Assembly (NCBI RefSeq): GCF_902713615.1
Contig: NC_052164.1
Location: 372,001 to 436,000, forward strand
Direction of reading: 5' to 3'
DNA from: Scyliorhinus canicula
Lineage: Eukaryota
Length of the DNA stretch: 64,000 nucleotides
The position numbers and the translations under genes were made by a program. Every line of letters starts with the position of its first letter. Positions within the stretch are counted from its first letter, which is position 1. Of the stretch, positions 1-12,883 are shown in pieces. Below the pieces are notes generated by a model, which made no database searches, was not told the origin of the DNA, and saw only the letters and a list, made by a program, of their open reading frames with translations.

Positions 1-1755
1 TGCTTGTCAATTGCTCCCATTTCTCTCTCTCCACCACAGAATGGACAACCCATTTAGGATATCGGACATGAGAGTCTCATTCCCTGGGGGCTCCAACCTG
101 TAAAGGTCCCTATAAAATATTTCAACTGCTGCACTGACCTCACTCGAAGCGGAGGCCAAACTGGTACTCGAGTTTCTGATCTGTATAATCTCCCGGGAAG
201 CCGCCTCAGCTGGTGAGCCAGAAAACGGCCTTCCTTATCCCCTTACTCATAAACCACGCGGCAGCTGGCCCACTGCTTTTCCTGTGGACACCCGAACGAA
301 CTGCGTTTGCAGCTGCTTCCTAGTGGCTAGCACCTCAGGGGTTAGGTAATCTGAATACTGCCGATTCACCTCCAAAGTCGCACCCACTAGTCGTTGCCAC
401 TCTGCCCTCGCAGTTCTGTCTAGATCAGCCTTATAGAGATTATCCTTCCTTGTTCCGCTACCTTAAGGGTTTCCCATGGTGTTGTGAAAGAGGCGGAGTC
501 ATCCCTATTAAGCTTGATATACTCAATAGTTATAGCTTTGTTTTTTTTAATAAACATTTTATTGAGGTATTTTGTGGTATTATAACAACACAATAAACAA
601 TGTATATGAAACTATAAACATACTGCAAAAGCCGTCTCCCTCACTTACAGGTCCCACCTTTACTAACCCCCTACTCTAAGCTAAACTAAAGCCCCCCCCC
701 CCCCTTCTGCTGACGATTAATTTTCCGCGAAGAAGTTGACGAACAGTTGCCGCTTCCTGGCGAACCCTAACACTGACCCTCTCAAGGCGAACTTGATTTT
801 CTCCAAACAGAGAAAGCAGGCCATGTCCGATAGCCAGGTCTCCGGCTTCGGGGGCTTTGAGTCCCTCCAAGCTAATAGTATCCGTCTCCATGCTACCAGG
901 GATGCTAAGGCCAGAACGTCTGCCTCTTTCTCCTCCTGGATTCCCGGGTCTTCTGACACCCCGAAAATCGCCACCTCCGGACTCAGCGCCACCCTTGTTT
1001 TTAACACCGTGGACATGACATCTGCAAACCCCTGTCAAAATCACCTAAGCTTCGCTCAATAGTTATAGCTATGTGATCACAAAACCCCTTCTCCACTAAT
1101 GGCATCTAACCTCCACGGCAGGTGCTGAATGGGATCCATCACCAAGACCAAATCCACAAAGTGGATCAGAAATTATTATTTCCAAATATTCCGCTCTTTT
1201 TACCCAAGGGAGCAGGGACCAACCCATTAGAGAGAAATCAATCCTGGAGTAGACTCTCCCTTGGGTTCAGAAATCTCCATGGATCTGCTCCCCCCAATCT
1301 TCTCTATAAAGGCTCAAAGTGCCTTTGCCACCCCCAACAGAGGCAAATTCAAGTCTGGACCGGTCCATTTTAGGATCCAAATCACAATTGAGGTCTCCAA
1401 GATTCAGTTGATGCGTATCCAGGTCCAGGATGCAATGTCCGGCCAACAAGCCACTGACCACCACATATCTCCCATTGTGCCTGCAACAATCCTAGTGACT
1501 ATAGAGGGACCCATTTATTGACCAGAATTGCAGCTCCTCGAGACCTTCCATCAAGGCCCGAGTAAAACCCCTGGCTCACCCACCCTCTCTGCAGTCAAGT
1601 CTGATCTTTAACCGCAAGTGAGTCTCCTGTAAGAACACCACATCAGCATTTAGAATCTTCTGGTGAGTGAAAACTCTTGACCTCCTCACTAGGCCACCTA
1701 ATCCCTTTACGTGCCAGGTGACCAACCGAATGTGGGGTTTCCCAGTTCCCCCTCA
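1..1755 (-). mobile_element. Degraded L1-clade LINE (ORF2 endonuclease region), interrupted by a younger L1 fragment
   Basis: Minus strand 1570-1720 reads WHVKGLGGLVRRSRVF...ADVVFLQETHL...RGWVSQ. ORF 1267-1464 has GDLNCDLDPKMDRS, an APE endonuclease motif. Assignment of 1-520 is weaker. Confidence 0.7.
538..1054 (-). mobile_element. 5'-truncated L1-clade LINE 3' end with 16-bp TSD
   Basis: ORF 717-1016 resembles a fish-type L1 ORF2 C-terminus (RRILLAWR...WLSDM...LEKIKF). A-rich tail on the minus strand. Direct repeat CTCAATAGTTATAGCT at 522-537 and 1055-1070. Confidence 0.85.
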
Positions 1756-1756
1756 C

Positions 1757-2345
1757 TACAGCAATAACCTGCTCACGGATGCTCAGTTTGGGTTCCGCCA
1801 GGGTCACTCAGCTCCTGACCTCATTACAGCTTTGGTTCAAACATGGACAAAAGAGCTGAATGCCAGAGGTGAGGTGAGAGTGACTGCCCTCCACACCAAG
1901 GCACCATTTGACTGAGTATGGCATCAAGGAGCCCGAGCTAAACTGGAGTCAATGGGAATCGGGGGGGAAACTCTCGGCTGGTTGGAGTCATACCTGGCAC
2001 AAAAGAAGATGGTTGAGGTCATTGGAGGTCAATCATCCTAGCTGCAGGAAATCACTGCAGGAGTTCCTCAGGGTAGTGTCCTCGGCCCAACCATCTTCAG
2101 CTGCTTCATCAATGACCTCCATTCGATCATAAGGTCAGACGTGGGGATGTTTGCGGACGACTGCACAATGTTCAGCACCATTCGCAACTCCTCAGATAAT
2201 GAATCAGTCCATGTCCAAATGCAGCAAGACCTGGACAATATCCAGGCTTGGGCTGACAAGTGGCAAATTACATTCGCGCCACACAAGTGCCAGGCAATGA
2301 TCATCTCCTATAAGAGAGGATCCAAGCATTGCCCCTTGACATTCA
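1757..2345 (+). mobile_element. CR1 LINE reverse transcriptase fragment
   Basis: QFGFRQGHS and MFADDCT...IQAWADKWQITF motifs, frameshifted. Confidence 0.85.
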
Positions 2346-2615
2346 ATAATAATAATAATCTTTATTATTGTCACAAGTAGTCTTACCTGCAATGAAGTTA
2401 CTATGAAAATCCCTAGTCACTATACTCCGGTGTCTGTTCGGGTACACCGAGGGAGAATTCAGTATGTTCAATTCACCTAACAAGCACGTCATTCGGAACT
2501 TGTGACGCAGGCACGAGGAGAATGTGCAGACTTCGCACAGACAGTGAAACAAGGCGGGAATCGAACTTGGGACCCTGGAGCTGGGAAGCATCTGTGCTAA
2601 CCACTGTGCTACCGT
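2346..2615 (-). mobile_element. tRNA-derived SINE (V-SINE type, (TTA)n tail)
   Basis: tRNA-like head with GTTCGATTCC B box on the minus strand; same family as 2912, 15133 and 42677. Confidence 0.8.
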
Positions 2616-2689
2616 TATGAGGCAAAGGCAGGAGAATGGGAATGGAAAACATATCAACCATGATTAAATGGAGGAGCAGACTCAATGGG

Positions 2690-4530
2690 CCGAATGGCCT
2701 AATTCTACTCCAATGTCTTATGGTCTAAAGAAATGGCTGAGCAACTAAACACATACTTCAGTTCTGTCTTCACAAATGAAGACACAAATCAGATACCAGA
2801 GGTGTCTGGGAATGAGAGGGAGGAACTGAAGATGCATATCCGTAGAGAAATGGTGTTGGGAAATTGATGGGATTGAAGCCTGATAAATCCCCTGGGCCTG
2901 ATAATCATCGGATAGGTGCAACATGGTAGAACAGTGGTTTTTTTTTTGCTTTACAGCCAGGAACACGGATTCGATTCCCGGCTTGGGTCACTGTCTGTGT
3001 GGAGTCTGCACGTTCTCCCCATGTCTGCATGGGTTTCCTCCAAGTCCCGAAATACTTGCTGTTCGGTGAATTGGACATTCCGAATTCTCCCTCTGTGGAC
3101 TCGAACAGGCGCCGGAATGTGGCGACTAGGGGATTTTCACAGAAACTTCATTACGGTGTTAATGTCAGCCTACTTGTGACAATAATAAAGATTATTATAT
3201 ACTTCCCAGAGTACTTAAGGAAGTGGCTCTAGAAATAGTGGATGCATTGGTGGTCATCTTCCAGAATGGTATAGACTCTGGAACAGTTCCTACAGATTGG
3301 AGGAGTTAGAGAGAAAACAGCAAATTATAGACCAGTAAGCCTGACTTCAGTAGTGGGGAAAACGCGAGAATCCATTATCAAAGGTTTTATAGCAGAGCAT
3401 TTAGAAAATAGTGGCTGCATCGGACAGAGTCAGCATGGATTTATGAAGTGGGAAATCATGCTTGCCAAATCTACTGGAATTCTTCGACGATGTAACTAGT
3501 GGAGTTGACGAGGGGGAGCCAGTGGATGTGGTACATTTGGACTTTCAGAAGGCTTTGACAAAGTCCCACATAAAAGATTAGCGTGTAAAATTAAAGCACA
3601 TGGGATTGGGTCAGTGTATTTAGATGGATAGAAAACTGGTTGGCAGACAGGAAACAAAGAGTAGGAATTAACAGGTTGTTTTCAAATTAGCAGGTAGTGA
3701 CTAATGGGGTACCACAGGGATCGGTGCTGGGACCCCAACTATTCACAATATATATTAATGATTTAGATCAGGGAACAAAATGTCATATCTCCAAATTTGC
3801 AGATGACACCAAGTTGGGTGGGAGGGTGAGCTGTGAGGAGGATGCAGAGATCCTTCAGTGTGATTTGGACAAGTTGAGTGGGTGGGCAAATGAATGGCAG
3901 ATGCAGTATAATGTGGATAAATGAGAGGTTATCCACTTTGGTAGCAAAAACGAGATGGCAGATTATTATCTGAATGGACATAAATTAGGAGAGGAGAATG
4001 TACAGGAGCAGGGATGTCTTGCTGCAATTATACAGGGCCTTGGTCAGGCCACACCTGGAATATTGTGTGCAGTTTTGGTCTCCTTATCGGAGGAAGGATG
4101 TTCGAGCAATAGAGGGAGTGCAGAGAAGGTTTACCAGGCTGATTCCTGGGATGGCGGGACTGACATATGAGGAGATATTGAATCGGTTAGGATTATATTT
4201 GTCGGAATTCAGAAGAATGAGGGGCGATCTCAGAAATCTATAACATTCTAACAGGACTGGACAGGGTAGATGCAGGAAGGATGATCATGATGGTGGGAGT
4301 GTCCAGAACCAGGGGGCACAGTCTGAGGATATGAGATAGATCATTTAGGACAGAGATAAAAAGAAGTAGCTTCACCCAGAGAGTAGTGAGCCTGAGGAAT
4401 TCGATACCACAGAAAGTAGTTGAGGCCCAAATTTGTATGTTTTCAAGAAGCAGTTACATATAGCACTTGGGGCGAACGGGGTCATACGATCTGGGGGAAA
4501 GCGGGATTAGGCTATTGAGTTGGATGGTCA
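2690..4530 (+). mobile_element. Degraded CR1 LINE ORF2 (RT) with an inserted SINE
   Basis: [17 protein letters not shown] and LVRPHLEYCVQFWSPY motifs. Sequence reads ggcctgataatc|SINE|atacttcccagagt. Confidence 0.9.
2912..3198 (+). mobile_element. tRNA-derived SINE (V-SINE type) inserted in CR1
   Basis: B box GATTCGATTCC, core GGGTCACTGTCTGTGTGGAGTCTGCACG, tail GTGACAATAATAAAGATTATTAT. Confidence 0.85.
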
Positions 4531-4987
4531 GCTTCTCTTCCATCTTGGACAGTCTCTGTGTAGAGGCTGACTTGCTCCCACTCCAGGGAGGTGGGTCCTG
4601 CTGTGGCTGAATAGTCCGATCCTGGATCCGCAGACTCTGCCACAGGTTTGGCAGGTGGTGTTTAATGAGGTGGGTGGGTGGGATGCTCTGGATTCTGCAC
4701 TCTCATTCCGCAGTTTACGCTTAGCCTCCGGGTCCTCCTACAACACTCCAGGCGATTGCCGACCTCGGGGATGTTTTTTCTCCAGTTTGTGCGTTCTAAG
4801 GAAAGCGATTCCCACATGTCACTGGGGATGTTATATTTATTTAGGGAGGATTTCAGACTGTCCTTGTAGCATTTCCTCTGCCCTCCTAGTGATCACTGTC
4901 ATTGCGGAGGTCGGAGTAAAGCACTTGTTTCGGGAGTCTTGTGTCGGGCATGCGGGCAGTGTGAACCGCCCATCACAGCTAGTCGAG

Positions 4988-7772
4988 ACAGGAAGGTCAC
5001 GACTGGAAGTTAAATATCCGAGGGTATCAAACTATTCGGAAGGACAGAGTGAATGGTAAGGGAGGTGGTGTTGCTCTGTTATTTAAGGATGACATCGCAA
5101 TAGTAAGGGACGACATCGGTGCTATGGAGGATAAGGTTGAATCCATTTGGGTGGAAATCAGGTGTAGTAAGGCAAAAACGTCACTGATAGGAGTAGTCTA
5201 TAGGCCACCAAATAGTAACATTATGGTGGGGCAGGCAATAAACAAAGAAATAACTGATGCATGTAGAAATGGTACAGCAGTTATCATGGGGGATTTTAAT
5301 CTACATGTCGATTGGTTTAACCAGGTCGGTCAAGGCAGCCTTGAGGAGGAGTTTATAGAATGTATCCGCGATAGTTTCCTAGAACAGTATGTAATGGAAC
5401 CTACGAGGGAACAAGCGGTCCTAGATCTTGTCCTGTGTAATGAGACAGGATTGATTCATGATCTCATATTTAGGGATCCTCTCGGAAGGAGCGATCACAA
5501 TACTGTGGAATTTAAAATACAGATGGAGGGTGAGAAGGTAAAATCAAATACTCGTGTTTTGTGCTTAAACAAAGGAGATTACAATGGGATGAGAGAAGAA
5601 CTAGCTAAGGTAGACTGGGAGCAAAGACTTTATGGTGGAACAGTTGAGGAACAGTGGAGAACCTTCCAAGTGGTTTTTCACAGTGCTCAGCAAAGGTTTA
5701 TACCAAGAAAAAGGAAGGACGGTAGAAAGAGGGAAAATCGACCGTGGATATCTAGGGAAATAGGGGAGAGTATCAAATTGAAGGAAAAAGCATACAAAGT
5801 GGCAAAGATTAGTGGGAGATTAGAGGACTGGGAAATCTTTTTGGGGGGCAACAGAAAGCTACTAAAAAAGCTATAAAGAAGAGTAAGATAGATTATGAGA
5901 GTAAACTTGCTCAGAATATAAAAACAGATAGTAAAAGTTTCTACAAATATATAAAACAAAAAAGAGTGGCTAAGGTAAATATTGGTCCTTCAGAGGATGA
6001 GAAGGGAGTTTTAATAATGGGAGATGAGGAAATGGCTGAGGAACTGAACAGGTTTTTTGGGTCGGTCTTTACAGTGGAAGACACAAATAACATGCCAGCG
6101 ACTGATAGAAATGAGGCTATGACAGGTGAGGACCTCGAGAGGATTGTTATCACTAAGGAGGTAGTGATGAGCAAGCTAATGGGGCTAAAGGTAGACAAGT
6201 CTCCTGGCCCTGATGGAGTGCATCCCAGAGTGCTGCAAGAGATGGCTAGGGAAATTGCAAATGCACTAGTGTTAATTTACCAAAATTCACTAGACTCTGG
6301 GGTGGTCCCGGCGGATTGGACATTAGCAAACGTGACACCACTGTTTAAAACAGGAGGTAGGCAGAGAGCGGGTAATTATCGGGCAGTGAGCTTAACTTTG
6401 GTAGCAGAGAAGATGCTGGAATCTATCATCAAGGAAGAAATAGTGAGGCATCTGGATAGAAATTGTCCCATTGGGCAGACGCAGAATGGGTTCATAAAGG
6501 GCAGGTCGTGCCTAACTAATTTAGTGGAATTTTTTGAGGACATTACCAGTGCGGTAGATAATGGGGAGCCAATGGATGTGGTATATCTGGATTTCCAGAA
6601 AGCATTTGACAAGGTGCCACACAAAAGGTTGCTGCATAAGATAAAGATGCATGGCATTAAGGGTAAAGTAGTAGCATGGATAGAGGATTGGTTAATTGAT
6701 AGAAAGCAAAGAGTGGGGATTAATGGGTGTTTCTCTGGTTGGCAATCAGTAGCTAGAGGTGTCCCTCAGGGATCAGTGTTGGGCCCACAATTGTTCACAA
6801 TTTACAAAGATGATTTGGAGTTGGGGACCAAGGGCAATGTGTCCAAGTTTGCAGACGACACTAAGATGAGTGGTAAAGCAAAAAGTGCAGAGGATACTGG
6901 AAGTCTACAGAGGGATTTGGATAGGTTAAGTGAATGGGCTAGGGTCTGGCAGATGGAATACAATGTTGACAAATGTGAGGTTATCCATTTTGGTAGGAAT
7001 AGCATCAAACAGGATTATTATTTAAATGATAAAATATTAAAATAGCTGCTGTGCAGAGAGACCTGGGTGTGCTAGTGCATGAGTCGCAAAAGGTTGGTTT
7101 ACAGGTGCAACAGGTGATTAAGAAGTCAAATGGATTTTTGTCCTTCATTGCTAGAGGAATGGAGTTTAAGACCAGGGAGGTTATGCTGCAATTGTATAAG
7201 ATGTTGGTGAGGCCACACCTGGAGTATTGTGCTCAGTTTTGGTCTGCTTACCTGAGAAAGGACATACTGGCACTGGAGGGTGTGCAGAGGAGATTCACTA
7301 GGTTAATCCCAGAGCTAAAGGGGTTGGATTACGAGGAGAGGTTGAGTAGACTGGGACTATACTCGTTGGAATTTAGAAGGATGAGGGGGGATCTTATAGA
7401 AACATATAAAATTATGAAGGGAATATATAGGATAGATGCGGGCAGGTTGTTTCCACTGGCGGGTGAAAGCAGAACTTGGGGGCAAAGCCTCAAAATAAGG
7501 GGAAGTAGATTTAGGACTGAGTTTAGGCGGAACTTCTTCATCCAAAGGGTTGTGAATCTATGGAGTTCCTTGCCCAGTGAAGCAGTTGAGGCTCCTTCAT
7601 TAAATGTTTTTAAGATAAAGATAGATCGTTTTTTGAAGAATAAAGGGATTAAGGGCTATGGTGTTCAGGCCGGAAAGTGGAGCTGAGTCCACAAAAGATC
7701 AGCCATGATCTCATTGAATGGCGGAGCAGGCTCGAGGGGCCAGATGGCCTACTCCTGCTCCTAGTTCTTATG
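4988..7772 (+). mobile_element. Young CR1 LINE, near-complete ORF2 (endonuclease + RT) with few disruptions
   Basis: ORFs 5049-5876 (GVVYRPP, MGDFN, SDHN), 5966-7045 (YLDFQKAFDKV, FADD) and 7051-7686. CR1 tail ...CTCCTAGTTCTTATG. Confidence 0.95.
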
Positions 7773-7832
7773 ACCAGTGCCTCGACACTGAGGATATTGG
7801 TCTGGCAGAGGACGCTCACGTTTGTGCGCCTA

Positions 7833-8023
7833 GAAAAATGAAAAACGAAAATGAAAATCGCTTATTGTCACAAGTAGGCTTCAAATGAAGTTACTGTGGA
7901 AAGCCCCTAGTTGCCACATTCCGGCGCCTGTTCGGGGAGGCTGGTACAGGAATTGAACCGTGCTGCTGGCCTGCCTTGGTCTGCTTTCAAAGCCAGCGAT
8001 TTAGCCTTGTGCTAAACAGCCCC
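7833..8023 (-). mobile_element. Short tRNA-derived SINE ((TTTCA)n tail)
   Basis: Minus strand GGGGCTGTTTAGCAC...GGTTCAATTCC; related copies at 11073, 24901 and 38370. Confidence 0.8.
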
Positions 8024-8867
8024 TAGAGGTTGGAAAATTATCCACATTGTCCACATTCTCTGTGGACCCGGATAGTCAGGGGACAGTTTTGTGTTACAGG
8101 AGTGGCTGATAAGAGAACCTTTGTTTTCTGGATGTTCAGTCCAAGGCCCATTCTCTCACATCCGTCGGTGAATGTGCCAATGATGGTTTGTAGCTCGGCC
8201 TCCAGGTTTGCGCACACACAGGAGTCGTCTGCGTACTGCAGCTCCATGACAGAGGTTGGGGTGGTCTTGGTTCTGGCCTGGAAGCGCGGAGGTTGAACAG
8301 TTTCCCCCTTGTTTCCCCTGGTAGTTTGACCGTAGATGGTTTTGATTTAGCTGAAGAAGCTGCGCACATTGTGGTTGTCTGTGAGTTGCTATGGAGTTGG
8401 ATGATCAGGCTTGATCGTACTGAATGGTGATGCAGGCTCGAAATGGCCTCCTCCTGCTCCTACTTTCTATGAAGAATATAAATTATACAGCACAGCGGGG
8501 GACACTTGGTCCATGCTGACCCAATACCCCCATGGACTGCAGTGGATCAAGACCACGTTCTCATAGGTACAAAAGAACCTGATGTACTGTACAATAATAT
8601 ACACAAAATGAAATCGAAAATGCCAATAAAAGTATTTTTTTTTAAATATTTTTCTCATGGGCAGTTAACGCTAGCCTAGCCAGCAACACCCATATTCAGT
8701 GAATGAATAAGTAAAAAAACGACAGGGCATGCTGAATTTGCAATTAGAACTGCAATTTCCTCCAGAATAATTTTACAAAGCAAATGTCCACAAATGAAGG
8801 AAATGACTGATCTGAAATGCAATGGACAAAATGCTCGAAATATTGATGGAAAAAGCTATTAAACTTC

Positions 8868-9460
8868 ACAGAATACTACAGTGCAGAAGGTCCTTCGGCC
8901 CATTGAGTCTGCACTAACGCACGGAAGGCCCTGACCTGCCCACCTAATCCCATTTGCCAGCACTTGGCCCATAGCCTTGAACGTTATGACGTGCCAAGTG
9001 CCCATCCAGGTACTTTTTAAAGGATGTGAGGCAACCCGCCTCTACCACCCTCCCAGGCAGTGCATTCCAGACCCTCTACCCCCCTCCCAGGCAGTGCATT
9101 CCAGACCATCACCACCCACTGGGTAAAACAGTTTTCCCTCAAATCCCCCCTAAACCTCCCGCCCCTCACCTTAAACTTGTGTCCCCCTCGTAACTGACCC
9201 TTCAACTAAGGGGAACAGCTGCTCCCTATCCACCTTGTCCATGTCCCTCAGGATCTTGTCCACCTCAATCAGATCACCCCTCAGTCTTCTCTGCTCCAGA
9301 GAAAACAATCCAAGCCGATCCAACCTCTCTTCATAACTTAAATATTCCACCCCAGGCAACATCCTGGTGAATCAGTTCTGCACACCCTCCAGTGCAATCA
9401 CATCCTTCCTATAATGTGGACACCAGAATTGCACACAGTACTCCAGCTGGGGCAAACTCC
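8868..9460 (-). mobile_element. CR1 LINE 3' end
   Basis: LSYEERLDRLGLFSLEQRRLRGDLIEV and RGHKFKVRGGRFRGD motifs. Confidence 0.9.
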
Positions 9461-10165
9461 CATTTCAGATACCACCATTCTGGCCTTACAGTAGGATAGT
9501 GCAGCTGAAAATCTCCTGCATGGTGGCTGCAGGACTGACCAAAATTGTAAATAGAGGAGCCACGAACATTGGAGAGAGCAGCCACGAACATTGGAGAGCA
9601 GCCACGAACATTGGCGAGCAGCAGCTTCAGAGGAAGAAATCCATGATAGAAGGAGATGAAGTAGCAAGTGTTAAAGAAACAGAACCTTGATTGGAGGAGT
9701 GAGAGACTCAGTCTCTCCTGTTTTTGCTGCTCCTCAGTTCCCACTCTCACTGACTGACAAGGGTGCAATTTTATTCAACCACCTACCTCGGCTGAATGTC
9801 TGAGGTTCTGATTAAAATGGCTGATTTCCAAAAGGCCAATAACGGAAATCCACCAAATGGAAATTTCTCATCCCTGCTGCTCCTATTTCCAATCCCTGCA
9901 ATTCCCATTTCCCAATGAAATAGACTGGAGCAATTCACATCCCTTTAGTTTGTTCAAGTACTTACATTTTACACGAACAAAGCTTCCTTCTTTACAACAA
10001 AATGAGCACCTGCTTTTACAGCAGTTTTTGTATATGCTCAGACATTACAAATTTCATAACTTATGACGGATGCACAAGGCATCATTGACGTGTGCGCACA
10101 TTACCCAAAGAACACATATTATACTGGGAATTACACCCAGGAGCCGTAGATAAGATAATACTCAC

Positions 10166-10832
10166 TATTAAGCAGTTCTCCATCAGCCACTCCAATTAAC
10201 AAACGCTTTCCTGTTAGCAGACAGGATATGCTGAGAAGGATCTTGTGAGCAGGATGGAGTCTGTCGAACGTTCCACCTAACACAACATCGTTGTAACTTG
10301 GGATAATTTCACATAAACCGGAATCTTCCATATCAGAACAGGAAATGCTCTCTGTACCATTTATATCATATGGTAAATAAACAGCTCTCAAACTGGGTTT
10401 ACACGTGTAACATCCAAGAGTATATTTTTCCAAGCATTGCATAATTAAATTGGATTGGTTTAAATCTGTAATTTTGTAGTCTGTTAAAACCACCTCTGGT
10501 GGTTCAGACAGCATCTGGACTGATGAAAATGGCTGCTGAGTTGAAGTGTGATTCTTAACATTTGAGAGAACTACCCTGATGTCCAGGTGACTGCACACAT
10601 GAGAACTTTTTGTGTAAAGATTAGTTAGTAGTTGAGAAACCTCATGGTTTGCTGGTATGTATACCGGATTAGGTTGCATATAATTGCCTGTCAGTCCCAA
10701 TCCTGGATGCAAATGCACATATAAAACGTCCTTAACTATTTTTGCAGTTTCTGCCAAAACTGGAGCAATACGTAACGGAATAAGTGAAATTGGAGCTGTT
10801 AGAACAAGGATGCCGGTACGAAACATGGCCAT
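10166..10832 (-). CDS. COASY: Bifunctional coenzyme A synthase, first coding exon (N-terminus and start of the PPAT domain)
   Basis: MAMFRTGILVLT...LYVHLHPG...VLGGTFDRLHPAHKILLS...GVADGELL matches vertebrate COASY. Acceptor ttttctttcag ends at 10850 (exon starts 10849); phase-1 donor A|GTGAGT after 10166. Later exons lie outside the window. Confidence 0.95.
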
Positions 10833-11072
10833 CGCTCTTGTACGCTATCCTGAAAGAAAATGCAAAAAGTCATAATCAGTCCCTTCTTAGGATGTGGGTG
10901 TCAGTGACAAGGTCAGCATTAATTGTCCATCCCTAATTCTCCCAAGGTGGAGGTGAGCTGTCTTGATAAAATCAAGTGGCATGCAATCACATTAAGGCCA
11001 TAGTGGATAAGGACAGCACATTTTCTTCCTAAAAGAACACATTTGTGAACCAGTTAGGTTTTTACAACAATC

Positions 11073-11251
11073 TAATAATAATAATCATCGCTTATTGTCA
11101 CAAGTAAGCTTCAATAAAGTCACTGAGAAAAGCCCCAGACGCCACATTCCAGTGCCTGTTTGGGGAGACTGGTACGGGAATTGAACCTGCGCTGCTGGCC
11201 TTGTTCTGCATTACAAGCCAGCTGTTTAGCCCACTGTGCTAACCCAGCCCC
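11073..11251 (-). mobile_element. Short tRNA-derived SINE
   Basis: Similar to 7833-8023, with a (TTA)n tail. Confidence 0.8.
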
Positions 11252-11697
11252 AATCCAACAACTGTACAATCATTTTTACTGAGATCAGCTTTTTATTTAA
11301 AGTCTAAAACTATCACAACAGGATTTGATCTCATGCTCTCTGGATTATTGGTCTAGTTACAATTTAATACATGTTTTCTGAGTAATTAGAAGTGTATTGA
11401 CAAAATAAGTGCAGTGCAGGTTGCGTTTACAAATTTTCCAGAGTTGTATAACACAGTGGTGCGTAGAACAAGACCCAAGGAATTGAAGGGAGTGGGAGCA
11501 AGGACAAGTTGGTTCACGTACAGAAAATGAAGTTTTGGTGTAATGCATCTTTTACAGACTGCATTAGTGATGTGCATCGGGACCAAACCGTATAAATCAA
11601 TTACAAACTTGGATTACAGAGTGTGGAAACATAAAGATAGAAAAATGGAGAGCACAAGTGTGCAGAGAGCTCAGAAACACATACACGGCGCCAAAGA

Positions 11698-12738
11698 CCT
11701 GGGGGCGATGGGCCGAGGGACAGCCTGGGGGCGATGGGCCGAGGGACAGCCTGGGGGCGATGGGCCGAGGGACAGCCTGGGGGCGAAGGGGCCGAGGGAC
11801 AGCCTGGGGGCGATGGGCCGAGGGACAGCCTGGGGGCGAAGGGGCCGAGGGACAGCCTGGGGGCGATGGGCCGAGGGACAGCCTGGGGGCGAAGGGGCCG
11901 AGGGACAGCCTGGGGGCGATGGGCCGCGGGACAGCCTGGGGGCGATGGGCCGAGGGACAGCCGGGGGGCGATGGGCCGGCCGAGGGACAGCCGGGGGGGC
12001 GATGGGCCGCGGGACAGCCTGGGGGCGATGGGCCGGCCGAGGGACAGCCGGGGGAAGTGATGGGCCGAAGGGGCTGAGGGACAGCCGGGGGAAGTGATGG
12101 GCCGAAGGGGCTGAGGGACAGCCGGGGGAAGTGATGGGCCGACGGGGCTGAGGGACAGCCGGGGAAGTGATGGGCCGAAGGGGCTGAGGGACAGCCGGGG
12201 GAAGTGATGGGCCGACGGGGCTGAGGGACAGCCGGGGGAAGTGATGGGCCGAAGGGGCTGAGGGACAGCCGGGGGAAGTGATGGGCCGAAGGGGCTGAGG
12301 GACAGCCGGGGGAAGTGATGGGCCGAAGGGGCTGAGGGACAGCCGGGGGAAGTGATGGGCCGAAGGGGCTGAGGGACAGCCGGGGGAAGTGATGGGCCGA
12401 AGGGGCTGAGGGACAGCCGGGGGAAGTGATGGGCCGAAGGGGCTGAGGGACAGCCGGGGGAAGTGATGGGCCGAAGGGGCTGAGGGACAGCCGGGGGAAG
12501 TGATGGGCCGAAGGGGCTGAGGGACAGCCGGGGGAAGTGATGGGCCGAAGGGGCTGAGGGACAGCCGGGGGAAGTGATGGGCCGAAGGGGCTGAGGGACA
12601 GCCGGGGGAAGTGATGGGCCGAAGGGGCTGAGGGACAGCCGGGGGAAGTGATGGGCCGAAGGGGCTGAGGGACAGCCGGGGGAAGTGATGGGCCGAAGGG
12701 GCTGAGGGACAGCCGGGGGAAGTGATGGGCCGAAGGGG
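11698..12738. repeat. GC-rich minisatellite: 26-bp units grading into 37-bp units (COASY intron 1)
   Basis: CCTGGGGGCGATGGGCCGAGGGACAG units, then about 18 copies of CCGGGGGAAGTGATGGGCCGAAGGGGCTGAGGGACAG. Confidence 0.95.
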
Positions 12739-12752
12739 TGCCTCCCTCTCAC

Positions 12753-12880
12753 CCACCCGGATGAGTCTCCGCGGCCGTATTGCTGCCCAAACCCGGCGTC
12801 CCCAGAGCTCCTCCCGGATCAAAGTCGCCGACACTCCGGAGGCTCGAGCCTAAAGCCCAGGTCCCGAACGGGGCCACACG
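12753..12880 (-). other. COASY: Probable non-coding first exon of COASY
   Basis: CpG-rich unique sequence directly downstream of the CCAAT array. Candidate donors are G|GTGAGA (after 12753) and G|GTGGGT (after 12757). The coding exon begins at an acceptor, so an upstream exon is needed. TSS is approximate. Confidence 0.65.
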
Positions 12881-12883
12881 ACA

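Larger units (their letters stand above)
4530..8335 (-). mobile_element. Degraded RTE-clade LINE split by CR1 (4988-7772) and SINE insertions
   Basis: ORF 8038-8247 ELQYADD...MGLGLNIQKTKVL is an RTE-type RT. Sequence at about 4975 appears to continue at about 7773 across the CR1. Confidence 0.65.

Noticed and set aside
9558-9620. Three 20-bp repeats containing ATTGG as a second CCAAT promoter
   Set aside because: Short local duplication among TE fragments, with no CpG island or associated exon.
10131-10165. Single-exon 233-aa COASY ORF ending at 10131
   Set aside because: Similarity stops at the GTGAGT donor after 10166; the tail is intronic read-through.
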